From: an uncultured virus (IMG/VR IMGVR_UViG_3300032282_004167)
Lineage: Duplodnaviria > Heunggongvirae > Uroviricota > Caudoviricetes
Direction: 5' to 3' (one strand)
Length of the DNA: 64,000 nt
Virus record (IMG/VR): IMGVR_UViG_3300032282_004167
Translations under genes and position numbers: made by a program
Notes under the pieces: generated by a model
Database searches by the model: none
What the model saw: only the letters and a program-made list of their open reading frames with translations
What the model was told of the DNA's origin: nothing
Shown here: in pieces, positions 29,454 through 37,996 of the stretch
Position numbering within the stretch: the first letter of the stretch is position 1
Layout of the letters: each line of letters begins with the position of its first letter

Positions 29454-29571
29454 GGAGCGGCGCTAGATGGCATGGCGTTAGTCGCAGGATTAGGATGGGC
29501 ACATTCGGCGTTTCCTAGCGTGAACTGTGTTTACCTGCGAGACTGAGGGTTCGATTCCCTCCCACTCCACC
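29454..29571 (+). ncRNA. tRNA-like RNA with the anticodon loop replaced by a pseudoknot
   Basis: Acceptor GGAGCGG/CCACTCC, D-like arm, T arm GAGGG-TTCGATT-CCCTC, extended anticodon stem enclosing TAGGA/TCCTA and GGCACA/TGTGTT. Confidence 0.65.
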
Positions 29572-29660
29572 TCCGTATAGAAGTTCTAGTTAACTGTCTA
29601 TACGTTCTCCTGGGTAAGAGACTAAACTGCCCATTCCAATCCTACGTTACTGGAGGAGTA

Positions 29661-29945
29661 ATGACATTACCCGTTCTGGCTCAGAACTATCAAGATGCAT
29701 TCGATCAGTGTTACATCGATTGCGATAGTATTGAGGCTATTATCAACCCCAAGACTCCGCGTCACCCATTCCTCAGTGGCAGCAATGCTGCTGAAGCAGC
29801 ACTTGGTTTGGTTGCTATCACCGCAGGTGTTGCTACCATCATAACTACTGGTTCAATGCTTTCTGCATGGTTGTCACTTGTATTCGCAATTGGCACAACC
29901 ATCATCGCTGCACTTAGTGCCTATCATCTTTGGCATGGTAACTGA
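29661..29945 (+). CDS. Small two-TM membrane protein
   Basis: 94 aa, GGAGG RBS. Confidence 0.6.
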   Translation: MTLPVLAQNYQDAFDQCYIDCDSIEAIINPKTPRHPFLSGSNAAEAALGLVAITAGVATIITTGSMLSAWLSLVFAIGTTIIAALSAYHLWHGN

Positions 29946-29947
29946 CC

Positions 29948-30142
29948 ATGACAGACAATGAATGGAAGTCACTAAGGCAGCGCGTCAACCAGTGGGCTAA
30001 GACTTACCGTAATGAAGATTTCATGTACGGAAGCCCGTATTCATACTGGGCGTTTGCCAAGTCAAACGACATCATTTCTCAGGCAGAATTTGATTATGCC
30101 GAGAAGCAATTTGGTCAACTCTGGCACTACAGAGGTGACTAA
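29948..30142 (+). CDS. Hypothetical protein
   Basis: 64 aa aromatic-rich ORF ending LWHYRGD. Confidence 0.6.
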   Translation: MTDNEWKSLRQRVNQWAKTYRNEDFMYGSPYSYWAFAKSNDIISQAEFDYAEKQFGQLWHYRGD

Positions 30143-30294
30143 CAACCGCGATACCTAGGCGGTATAACCTGTGGCGTTTTCCACAGGGCACTCATAAGAG
30201 TGAAATGTAAGGCCGGGTTTTAGCATCTGAACCTGGGATCGGGATCATGCTCAACCCTACTGATCAGAAGTTGTTAAACTCAGATCACCTTAAT

Positions 30295-30359
30295 TACTCG
30301 TTACAGCGAGTATAAACAGATCCTTAAGCTGTAAGCGTTGCGTATTTACGCAGATGGAC
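30295..30359 (+). ncRNA. Pistol self-cleaving ribozyme
   Basis: P1 ACTCG/CGAGT, loop TTACAG pairing with CTGTAA, conserved ATAAA, TTAAG and GCG segments, P3 TTGCGT/ACGCAG, P2 TCC/GGA. Confidence 0.8.
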
Positions 30360-30564
30360 ACAGTCGTTCTGAGAAAAGTCGTGGAACGCTGTCACTTCCT
30401 TTTATACTTTATCGCCTAGATGAGCCTCGCTAGCAGGCTATTGTGGGTTCGTGTATTTCGACTTTAATCCATACCCGATAATGATAATCACGAATAGTCA
30501 TTATCACTTGTATAAAAAGAGGGGAAAGTTTTCTTTCCTTTTCATATTAACTGGAGGATAACCC

Positions 30565-31152
30565 TTGATCACCGCTGATACCACTCTTGCTGCAATCAAT
30601 CCTGATTTGCTGCCCGATACTTCCGAGCGATTCCACCTTCCAGGTGCTGTCGATCTTCCCAACCGCAATCCTAACCAGGTTAGTGGCAAGCAGGTAAAGA
30701 TCATTGTCCGTTACGCTAAGGACAATATTCCTGCTTCTGCAACCTTCGCTCAGGCGATTGCTCAACTCCGTTCCAAGTTCTTGGTTGGAGCTCAGCAGGA
30801 TTTCAATCTCGTTGAGAAGATTCTCGAAGAGACTCGTGCAGAAAATGCCGAGAACGATCTTTCCGACGCTCAGAACAAGATGGTCATCACCATCCTGAGC
30901 GCTTTGGCTGGCACTGCAAACCATTGGGATATGGGCATCAATGCCAAGATCGCATCTGCTCCTAAGGCTCTGAAGTCAACCTTCATCATGTCTTTGTCTG
31001 CAGTGCGTACCCAAGGTCAACTTACTGTTTTCATGGACCGCTTTGCTGCAGTCTTTGGCCGTCCTCAGCCTAAGGCTGGATTGGGCGAGCCCCTTATGGC
31101 TCAGTCTACTGTAGCTGCTGCCCCTGAAACGGCCCTCGAAGAGCCATTCTGA
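30565..31152 (+). CDS. Hypothetical protein with an SSB-like C-terminal tail (ALEEPF)
   Basis: 195 aa, GGAGG RBS, TTG start, AAAAGAGGGG motif upstream, hairpin downstream. Confidence 0.7.
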   Translation: MITADTTLAAINPDLLPDTSERFHLPGAVDLPNRNPNQVSGKQVKIIVRYAKDNIPASATFAQAIAQLRSKFLVGAQQDFNLVEKILEETRAENAENDLSDAQNKMVITILSALAGTANHWDMGINAKIASAPKALKSTFIMSLSAVRTQGQLTVFMDRFAAVFGRPQPKAGLGEPLMAQSTVAAAPETALEEPF

Positions 31153-31562
31153 TTCACCCGTATCTGTGACCCCTGTCCCGAGTAATCGGGGCAGGGGTTA
31201 TTGATCTTATTAAGGAGTAAGATATGGATACAGTAAAAGCAGGCTTTTTCATGGGCTTGTTTTCCCTTGGTCTTGGAACTATTGGCGTAATCTTTGGAGT
31301 ACCCTTGTTCCTCGGATACCTCATTTCTGGTGCAGGTATTCTATTCTTTTTGAGTGGCTTTGCCTTCTCCCAGAACTAATCTTGAAAGGACGTTATTATG
31401 AATCTTAAGAATCAAAATCTTACCGATCTCCTTGATGACAACGATCCTCTTCGCTTTATGCGAAACGATTTTATCAAAGAGCTTCGCGAATACGTTGCCA
31501 AGAAAAGAACTGAAATCAATGCATTTGCTTTTAGCGCTTTCCCTTCGGACTAAGGAGGAGTT

Positions 31563-31757
31563 TTGTCTCATCTTGTTTACATTGCCGTTTCTGTTCTGGT
31601 TGATGAGGTCTACCAGGAAGAAATGATTCGTCAAAGTCTTAGTGATTATATTAATAATCGCTATGAGAATTGCGATCCTCGTATCGTTATTCTTGGTAGA
31701 CTTGACCAAGATCAAGCACGTCCTGTATCAAAATCTCTTGTTTCTAATGTAACATAG
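31563..31757 (+). CDS. Hypothetical protein
   Basis: AAGGAGGAG RBS, 64 aa. Confidence 0.5.
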   Translation: MSHLVYIAVSVLVDEVYQEEMIRQSLSDYINNRYENCDPRIVILGRLDQDQARPVSKSLVSNVT

Positions 31758-31771
31758 TTTCACGTGAAACA
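31756..31771. other. parS centromere-like site
   Basis: AGTTTCACGTGAAACA: 15/16 match to TGTTTCACGTGAAACA, with a perfect 14-bp core palindrome, at a gene end. Confidence 0.75.
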
Positions 31772-31920
31772 ATTGCATTGCAAAGTACCTGCTCACAGGA
31801 TCTTTGCTTTTGGTCGTATAGTGTGAATAATATGTAATTATATAATTATATATATTCACATTTATACACCTTAAACCTATATAACTTTCCATAAAAAGAC
31901 GGGCAAATTGGAGGTCTTTC

Positions 31921-32151
31921 ATGACTAAGTGCTGCAGTCCTAACTGTGACGAACCCAGCGTTGATATCCATAAAGATACTCGTTGGTGTGGTAAGCACTA
32001 TGGTATTTATCCTCACCAGTGCGAATACCTTGGCTGTGGCCGAATCGTTCAGTATGATGATGAACCATGGTGTTTCACTCACAGTCCTGATAGTGGCAGT
32101 TCTGTCCGTGGCTATTCAGCGTACGATAAAGTTTTTCGTTCCACACTTTAA
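31921..32151 (+). CDS. Small Cys/His-rich Zn-finger protein
   Basis: Two C..C...WC..H repeats. Confidence 0.6.
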   Translation: MTKCCSPNCDEPSVDIHKDTRWCGKHYGIYPHQCEYLGCGRIVQYDDEPWCFTHSPDSGSSVRGYSAYDKVFRSTL

Positions 32152-32174
32152 AATCATGAAGAGCAAGGAGCATC

Positions 32175-32399
32175 ATGAGTATCAAGAAGGACGGCCCTAC
32201 TGCAGCTGATTATGATCTCACCAGCCTTACTTATGAAGAGCGGTGCATGATCTTTTTGCATGCAATTGGTTATGACATCAAAGGTTTCTTTGAGGCTCAT
32301 AACCTTCAAATCCGTATCACAGATCCTGCTGGTGAAATAATGAACCGAGAATTCATTCCTCGTCGTTCATTTCACAAGCGCAAGATTAAACACTCTTAG
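32175..32399 (+). CDS. Hypothetical protein
   Basis: 74 aa, AAGGAG RBS. Confidence 0.55.
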   Translation: MSIKKDGPTAADYDLTSLTYEERCMIFLHAIGYDIKGFFEAHNLQIRITDPAGEIMNREFIPRRSFHKRKIKHS

Positions 32400-32410
32400 T
32401 AGTGTTTAAT

Positions 32411-33728
32411 TACCCCGAGTAAGGTATAAAATTACTCCGTATTTCATCACGTTACGAGAAGATTATATGGCAATGTTGTTGAGTCATATAATCAAAGGTA
32501 AATTACAACCTCTGTGGAGACTTGATTACAGTAATAGCAACTCTGCAACTAAAATCTGTACGTCTTGGGTAGGACGTTAAACTACTCATCGGTAACCACT
32601 CGGTCATCAGAACGCGGAGCCGTAAGGCACGCAAAGTTGATGAACTCCCGCAAGGGAGAGGGCAGGTGCCCGTCTTGGGCAGGACGTTAACTTGCCCGCA
32701 ATTGATAGGTGGTCGGCCTGTAACGCCGTCCATTAAATGAGGCAGAGTAGGCAACGGAACTACATGACGAGACGGGGGATGTCCTCGATAACCACCACAA
32801 CGCTTCGCGAGCCGGTGGCCGAGGGATAAGTGAGACTGAGACCCCGGTGAAAAGACCAAACGTTGTTGACATCATGTCGGAGTAGAAACCGAACGAGTAG
32901 CCAAAGCTATCCGTCACAACAGACGTTAAACGTTATTAGCATTTGATCCGATGATTCCTATAGGGCCCTATGACCCATAGGCTGAGGCGAGAATGCTAGT
33001 ATAGTGCCCCTACTTATCCTGTTTCAGGGACAACCACTTATAAGAAAACAGGCCCATTCCTGTCAAGGGAGATTGACAATAGGGGCAGCCCATTTATCTG
33101 TTATTGGGAACCACTGTTAAATAAAAACAGACGTAGGTTGTGAGCTCTTACGATACTAGAACTCTCACACACCTGACTGCATGACACTTGTAAGACTTTT
33201 GCATCTTCAAGATGGGTTCGACTCCCATGTCGGGTACGGAGTACCGCAGATAACACAGAGCTGTGTGCAGGTTCGATTCCTGCAACGACAAGGGCCATAG
33301 TAGGCAAGTCGCAGCCGACGGAATTTATGGTTATAAGCTTACTGGTTACGCCCAGACGCATATAGTCATAATCCGGTGAATCCATTTATCGGCAAACGTG
33401 GTTGACTTGCAGCAGGCTAGTGCTGCTTAAGTCTAGGGCTAGCCTCCCTAATCTGTGGGAAACTCGATTTATAGACCGCCAGGCGCATGAGCAGCGTATG
33501 CTCCCATAGCATAAGGAGAATGCTATTTTAGCAAACTGAAGCGCAGTTATCTACTCTCTCCTGGCGGAGAGATAGAAACATGCGTGGATTCTAGGTCCTG
33601 GAGCACGACTTAAAACTGCTCCATTAATTATATCTTATAGGTAACCCAAACCGGTAACGACTGGGCGCTGTAGTAAAAAGGCAACCTTAGTATGACGTTT
33701 AGTCTTACTGTCCCGTTTACTTACCTAT
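32411..33728 (+). ncRNA. Non-coding island of multiple structured RNAs
   Basis: No credible ORF. GNRA hairpins, AGTA/GAA motifs, many pseudoknots and two TTCGA T-arms. Confidence 0.65.
33171..33236 (+). ncRNA. tRNA-like structure with a non-canonical core
   Basis: ACCTGAC/GTCGGGT acceptor and ATGGG-TTCGACT-CCCAT T arm. No canonical D or anticodon arm. Confidence 0.6.
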
Positions 33729-33777
33729 AATTTATATAACTTTTTTTGTTTTATTAAAACTGTTTCTTTATTTTTTT

Positions 33778-34038
33778 ATGACTCAAAAAAAACATTTTGT
33801 ATCGCTGTGGAAAGAAAGTTTATTTTTGCGTAAACAACTTGCTTGTGAAATAGCTAAAAATAGACGTTTATTTCCTTTAACTAAAAGTCAAATTGATCTT
33901 GGCATTGGTGTAGCCAATGGTCGAACTTTTAATTGGAAACAGCTCGATAAAACTAACTATTCTGACGTAGCTATTTTCAATGCTTTATTGAGAATAAAAA
34001 TTAGCTCTACTCAACACAGTAATTCTACTGCTGAGTAA
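33778..34038 (+). CDS. Hypothetical protein
   Basis: 86 aa ORF, weak RBS. Confidence 0.35.
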   Translation: MTQKKHFVSLWKESLFLRKQLACEIAKNRRLFPLTKSQIDLGIGVANGRTFNWKQLDKTNYSDVAIFNALLRIKISSTQHSNSTAE

Positions 34039-34039
34039 G

Positions 34040-34351
34040 TTATTTGCTCTTGACTACACCATTAGGAATTGCTGCTAATCTGCAGTATCCACCTGGTTCA
34101 ATTTCTGCTTTGATGATCTGACATACTTTTTCAGATTCGTAAAAAGCGCAATGTGAACAATGTACTCCAATGTCATAGTTTTCATTTTCGCTCTCTGGAA
34201 CGTATCCTACCCAGATACCGTTCTTATCTTTATCAGCTAATTTTCCATATTTCTTGGCAATGTTGCGCAATGCGTTTACAAATTCTTGCTCTGCTGGAGC
34301 TAATTTGTATTGTGCTGCTTCTAACATTTCTGCTACCCAGTATATACTCAT
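34040..34351 (-). CDS. HiPIP-like (4-Cys iron-sulfur) domain protein
   Basis: CSHCAFY....CQII...IEPGGYC matches HiPIP Cys spacing. Confidence 0.6.
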   Translation of the reverse strand: MSIYWVAEMLEAAQYKLAPAEQEFVNALRNIAKKYGKLADKDKNGIWVGYVPESENENYDIGVHCSHCAFYESEKVCQIIKAEIEPGGYCRLAAIPNGVVKSK

Positions 34352-34503
34352 TGTAAATCCTTTCTGTTCTCATACAGAATAATAGTACATTTACCATGAG
34401 TTATCCATACGTTTTTACATATTTATGAGTTAAATCAACTGATAATCTTTAATCTTTTTTAATCCTGAACATAAAAGAAAACCATTTATCTTATGGAGGA
34501 TTT

Positions 34504-34848
34504 ATGTCAAGTTCAGATACCATTTTTATGGATCCTGATACTACCAAGAATAAAGTTCGTGGACGAGGAATTCACTTTAGCCTAAAATCTGCAATTGAAA
34601 ATCCAAATAAGTGGGTAATAAGGAGCATTCGTACCGATACCACTGAGGATCGTGTACGTCTCCACGCTCTTGGTAGTTCAACTAAGCGCAACAACACTGC
34701 TGGTAAGAACTGGCAATACAAGGTTTGCCGTTACAACAAGGCCCATTTTAGCCCTAAGCAGTTAGAGTCTTATGGTCTTAACTTTGATGACATCTCAGCA
34801 GACACTGTCATTGCCCTGCATATGCGTGTCTCTGATTCAACTATTTGA
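34504..34848 (+). CDS. Hypothetical protein
   Basis: 114 aa, GGAGG RBS. Confidence 0.65.
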   Translation: MSSSDTIFMDPDTTKNKVRGRGIHFSLKSAIENPNKWVIRSIRTDTTEDRVRLHALGSSTKRNNTAGKNWQYKVCRYNKAHFSPKQLESYGLNFDDISADTVIALHMRVSDSTI

Positions 34849-34868
34849 TTACTTAGAAACGAGCTATC

Positions 34869-35063
34869 ATGCCTAAACTTGGAGACTTTGTCGAAAATCC
34901 AGACAGTACATTTGGTCAGCTTCAGGAACTGTTAAAGACAATGGATATTCCTCTGAATAGGTTTGGTGATTTGCGCTGGCTTGCCAGAAATATTGGCATC
35001 AACAATTCTAATCATCCTAATCTTGACAAAGCTGTAGCATTGATCAAGAAGCTATCTTCATAG
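34869..35063 (+). CDS. Hypothetical protein
   Basis: 64 aa, in the operon. Confidence 0.55.
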   Translation: MPKLGDFVENPDSTFGQLQELLKTMDIPLNRFGDLRWLARNIGINNSNHPNLDKAVALIKKLSS

Positions 35064-35075
35064 ATCGGTCTTAAT

Positions 35076-35546
35076 GTGAAATTTTGGAAACAAGCTACAT
35101 TAACAATTGGCACTGCGTGTTTTTCTTTTGCCGTTTTGTATAATGTCTTTTCTCCAGTAATTGCTACACTTCTCATGTCTGTGCTTGCTCTTCATGAATT
35201 TGCACATTTCATGGCTGCCAAATACTTTAACCTTGATCCTCGTCTCCCTCTGTTTGCCCCATTCTTTATTGTTACGTTTGGAGCAACATATATAGGTAAG
35301 TCTTTTGACGAGATTCAAGGTATGGTTATTGCTGCTGCTGGTCCCATTGCGGGCATTATGGCATCTACTGCTATAATGTCTGTTAGTTTCTTGATGGGTA
35401 ATCCTGTTGTCAGCACCATTGCTGGATCTTTGCTTATTGGAGAGATCCTCAACCTTAGTCTTGGATTTGATTCTGCTAAGATCCGCAAAGGATTGAAGTC
35501 ATTGAAGAAGCAATATTCTTTCACTTCACAGTTGGTCTTCAGCTGA
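35076..35546 (+). CDS. Site-2 protease (M50) family intramembrane metalloprotease
   Basis: LHEFAH within a TM helix, IAAAGP, and NL....DS in place of the NxxPxxxxDG motif. Confidence 0.75.
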   Translation: MKFWKQATLTIGTACFSFAVLYNVFSPVIATLLMSVLALHEFAHFMAAKYFNLDPRLPLFAPFFIVTFGATYIGKSFDEIQGMVIAAAGPIAGIMASTAIMSVSFLMGNPVVSTIAGSLLIGEILNLSLGFDSAKIRKGLKSLKKQYSFTSQLVFS

Positions 35547-35621
35547 AATCATAATCCACGATCTACTGATCAGAAATCGTAAAACTCAGATCATTATTCG
35601 TTTTGCTTTTTTAGGAGAACA

Positions 35622-35840
35622 ATGTCAACAGATGAGTCTTCCTATTCTCTTACAGAGAAGGATTTGTTCATTCTTACCAGTCGTCTTGACGGGAAGAATT
35701 TCAGGCAGATTGCCCCTTTTGTTTCACTAACTGCTGAATCTGTTCGGATTAGGTACAACAAGATTCTTGTTAAGTATCCTGATTTAAGGAAATATCCATC
35801 CTCAAAGATAAAGGATATGGTTAGTGTCTTACAATCATAA
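35622..35840 (+). CDS. Helix-turn-helix protein (sigma region 4-like)
   Basis: LTEKDLFIL..R..GKNFRQIA....LTAESVR. Confidence 0.65.
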   Translation: MSTDESSYSLTEKDLFILTSRLDGKNFRQIAPFVSLTAESVRIRYNKILVKYPDLRKYPSSKIKDMVSVLQS

Positions 35841-35993
35841 TCCTATTTCTTTCTGTTTTACTCATACTGAGTTCAATTTGATTCGTGATATCCTTAAGTC
35901 TTGGGACGGCTGGATTCAACGTGAAGAACGCATTATGAATGATCAAGAAGAAGTTGTTTATAAGTCTTTGATTGATCGTTTTAAGGAACAAGT

Positions 35994-36281
35994 ATGACTA
36001 CTTGTCCTTTTGGTGATACTTATCCTAGTGAATCTTTTTCGCCTTTTGGCGGAGACGGATGGACTTTTACTTTTGATAACGGCTATGGTGCTTCTGTTGT
36101 CAGGCATCCATATTCCTATGGTTATCCTAATCTTTGGGAGTTAGCCGTTACTCATTCTGGAAAACTCTGTTATAATACTCCTATTACTTCTGATGTTCTT
36201 GGTCATCTTACTGAGCAAGAAGTTTGTTTTTATCTTGATGAAATAAACGCTTTACAGTCTTCAGAAAAAACAAATGTATAG
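35994..36281 (+). CDS. Phage hypothetical protein
   Basis: FDNGYGASVV....SYG....WELAV....TPITSDVLGHL, a pattern recalled from other phages. Confidence 0.65.
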   Translation: MTTCPFGDTYPSESFSPFGGDGWTFTFDNGYGASVVRHPYSYGYPNLWELAVTHSGKLCYNTPITSDVLGHLTEQEVCFYLDEINALQSSEKTNV

Positions 36282-36648
36282 TCAACAGAACTACACTCAT
36301 CGCATGTCTCTGCCCAATAATTCAGAGATAACAATTCATGTTGCCCGCATATATCGTGGCAAACTTGTTCAAGCTACCATTCCCTGTATTGTATCAATTC
36401 TTGCTCCTATTAATAATAACTATAGAGTTCTTTATCCTCAGGTTGATGTTCCTAAACCATTTGCTCGTTTTCTTAGAGCATACTATGCACCTAAGCAATA
36501 CTTTTGGTTAGGTTTTGGATTTGATACTCCCGAGCAAGCAATCAAAGCTATTTACAAAGACGACTATGCTAAGTTTACCAAAGCTTATCATAAATATGAT
36601 ATTGCTAAAAAAGTAATATCACAAACTCACCCTCATTTGTTTCACTAA
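36274..36648 (+). CDS. Hypothetical protein
   Basis: 124 aa, overlaps the upstream gene end. Confidence 0.55.
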   Translation: MYSQQNYTHRMSLPNNSEITIHVARIYRGKLVQATIPCIVSILAPINNNYRVLYPQVDVPKPFARFLRAYYAPKQYFWLGFGFDTPEQAIKAIYKDDYAKFTKAYHKYDIAKKVISQTHPHLFH

Positions 36649-36660
36649 TAAGGATACTCA

Positions 36661-37011
36661 ATGAGTTCAGCTATCGTTACCAGAGAACAAGCTTCTAGCA
36701 TTATTGTAGCTGTTACCAAGCCACGTCTCCAAAAGAATTCTACTCCTCATCTCGTTATGATGATATTGAAATCTTTTGGAGTTAACACCTTTATACATGT
36801 ACAAGAGCTTGCTAATGTCAGTTCAGCTATTAATCTTGACAGAATTGTTACCATTCTTAAGCGCCCTTTAGACAAAGGTTATTTGTTTAGAGATGGCGAT
36901 TATTACGCTCTGACTCCTGTTGGAAATCAGGTTCTTTATAACCTTGCAGAGCTTCATCCATCTCCCGATGCCTTGTCGGAAAAAGAGGGGGATGAAGATA
37001 TTTATGCTTGA
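36661..37011 (+). CDS. Winged-HTH-like protein
   Basis: LDKGYLFRDGDYYALTPVG wing motif. Confidence 0.55.
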   Translation: MSSAIVTREQASSIIVAVTKPRLQKNSTPHLVMMILKSFGVNTFIHVQELANVSSAINLDRIVTILKRPLDKGYLFRDGDYYALTPVGNQVLYNLAELHPSPDALSEKEGDEDIYA

Positions 37012-37246
37012 AGCATCTTTTGTTGCTATTAGAATTTTCATCACAGCTACTTTTGTTATGTTTGCGTCTTCTGTTATCAGAAGTCCACATAACTCTACTG
37101 ACATTATTGTCATGATTGTTGCTTTCCCCATTATTGCTTTGCTGTATCTTGTTCATTCTTGTCTTGAAAGATATGAGCGCAATAAGAACAGACGTTATTA
37201 TTTGCAACATACCAGGCATTATTATTCAGATCGTTAGGATACCAAC

Positions 37247-37624
37247 ATGGCTTCTTGCTTTCCTTATACTATCTTTCTTAACTCTTCTTCTCAGTTCTTA
37301 AGGCCCTATCGTGTCGGTGACAAAATGACACTTATGCACAATGGAACTGTTGATACCGATAAGCTATTATCTTCTGAGAAGATTGCAGATAATTCTGCTA
37401 AGCTTAACCATGTTCTTAACAAAATCTTTACTTACTTCAATAATTCTAATGATTGTTGTGGTAGTTCTCACCGTTCAATGTCTGTCGGTGATGTAGTCGT
37501 TCTTGGCGAGTTTGCTTTTAGCTGTGTCGAGAATGGATGGGTACCTGTTAATCTTTCCAATGATTACTGGTTATCCACAAAACTTCGCATTCCTGCTAAT
37601 TCTTTTCAATCAGTAGGAATTTGA
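37247..37624 (+). CDS. YodL-like domain protein
   Basis: HRSMSVGDVVVL....C...GW. Confidence 0.55.
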   Translation: MASCFPYTIFLNSSSQFLRPYRVGDKMTLMHNGTVDTDKLLSSEKIADNSAKLNHVLNKIFTYFNNSNDCCGSSHRSMSVGDVVVLGEFAFSCVENGWVPVNLSNDYWLSTKLRIPANSFQSVGI

Positions 37625-37996
37625 TGACATCCTGGAAAGACAGGAATTTAATAACTTTTCAGTAATACCTAAATACTTTTCAAAAAATCAAAGGCTTGTA
37701 GCAAAGCCTTGGATTTGTTGTGTTATCGGTAGTGAACGCGAACGGCCACGTCCTAGAGTTGCTAGCACAGCTAGGCTTTTGGTCCATTCTCAATCCAGAA
37801 ACCTAAACAAACATTTCCTAAAGGTTGAGTACCAGATATAACTAAGATATATAGATATATATAGTAGAGTAAGTTCCCATTTAGAGGCGTCTACTGTAAA
37901 CGACGCGATCTTTTGGCGAACGTCAAGTAACTCTTAGTTATGTTTGGTACTCAACTTGCTATATTAACTGCTATTAACAAAATGGAGACAGCTATC

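Noticed and set aside
30410..30507. Possible HDV-like ribozyme after the pistol
   Set aside because: Could not build the nested double pseudoknot. Only simple helices are supported.
32503..33385. Minus-strand ORFs in the RNA island
   Set aside because: No RBS or protein-like features. Better explained as by-products of GC-rich structured RNA.
32411..33728. tmRNA (standard or permuted)
   Set aside because: Pseudoknots and T-arms are present, but I found no alanyl acceptor stem with G3-U70 and a CCA end, and no clear tag ORF. A covariance-model search is needed to exclude it.
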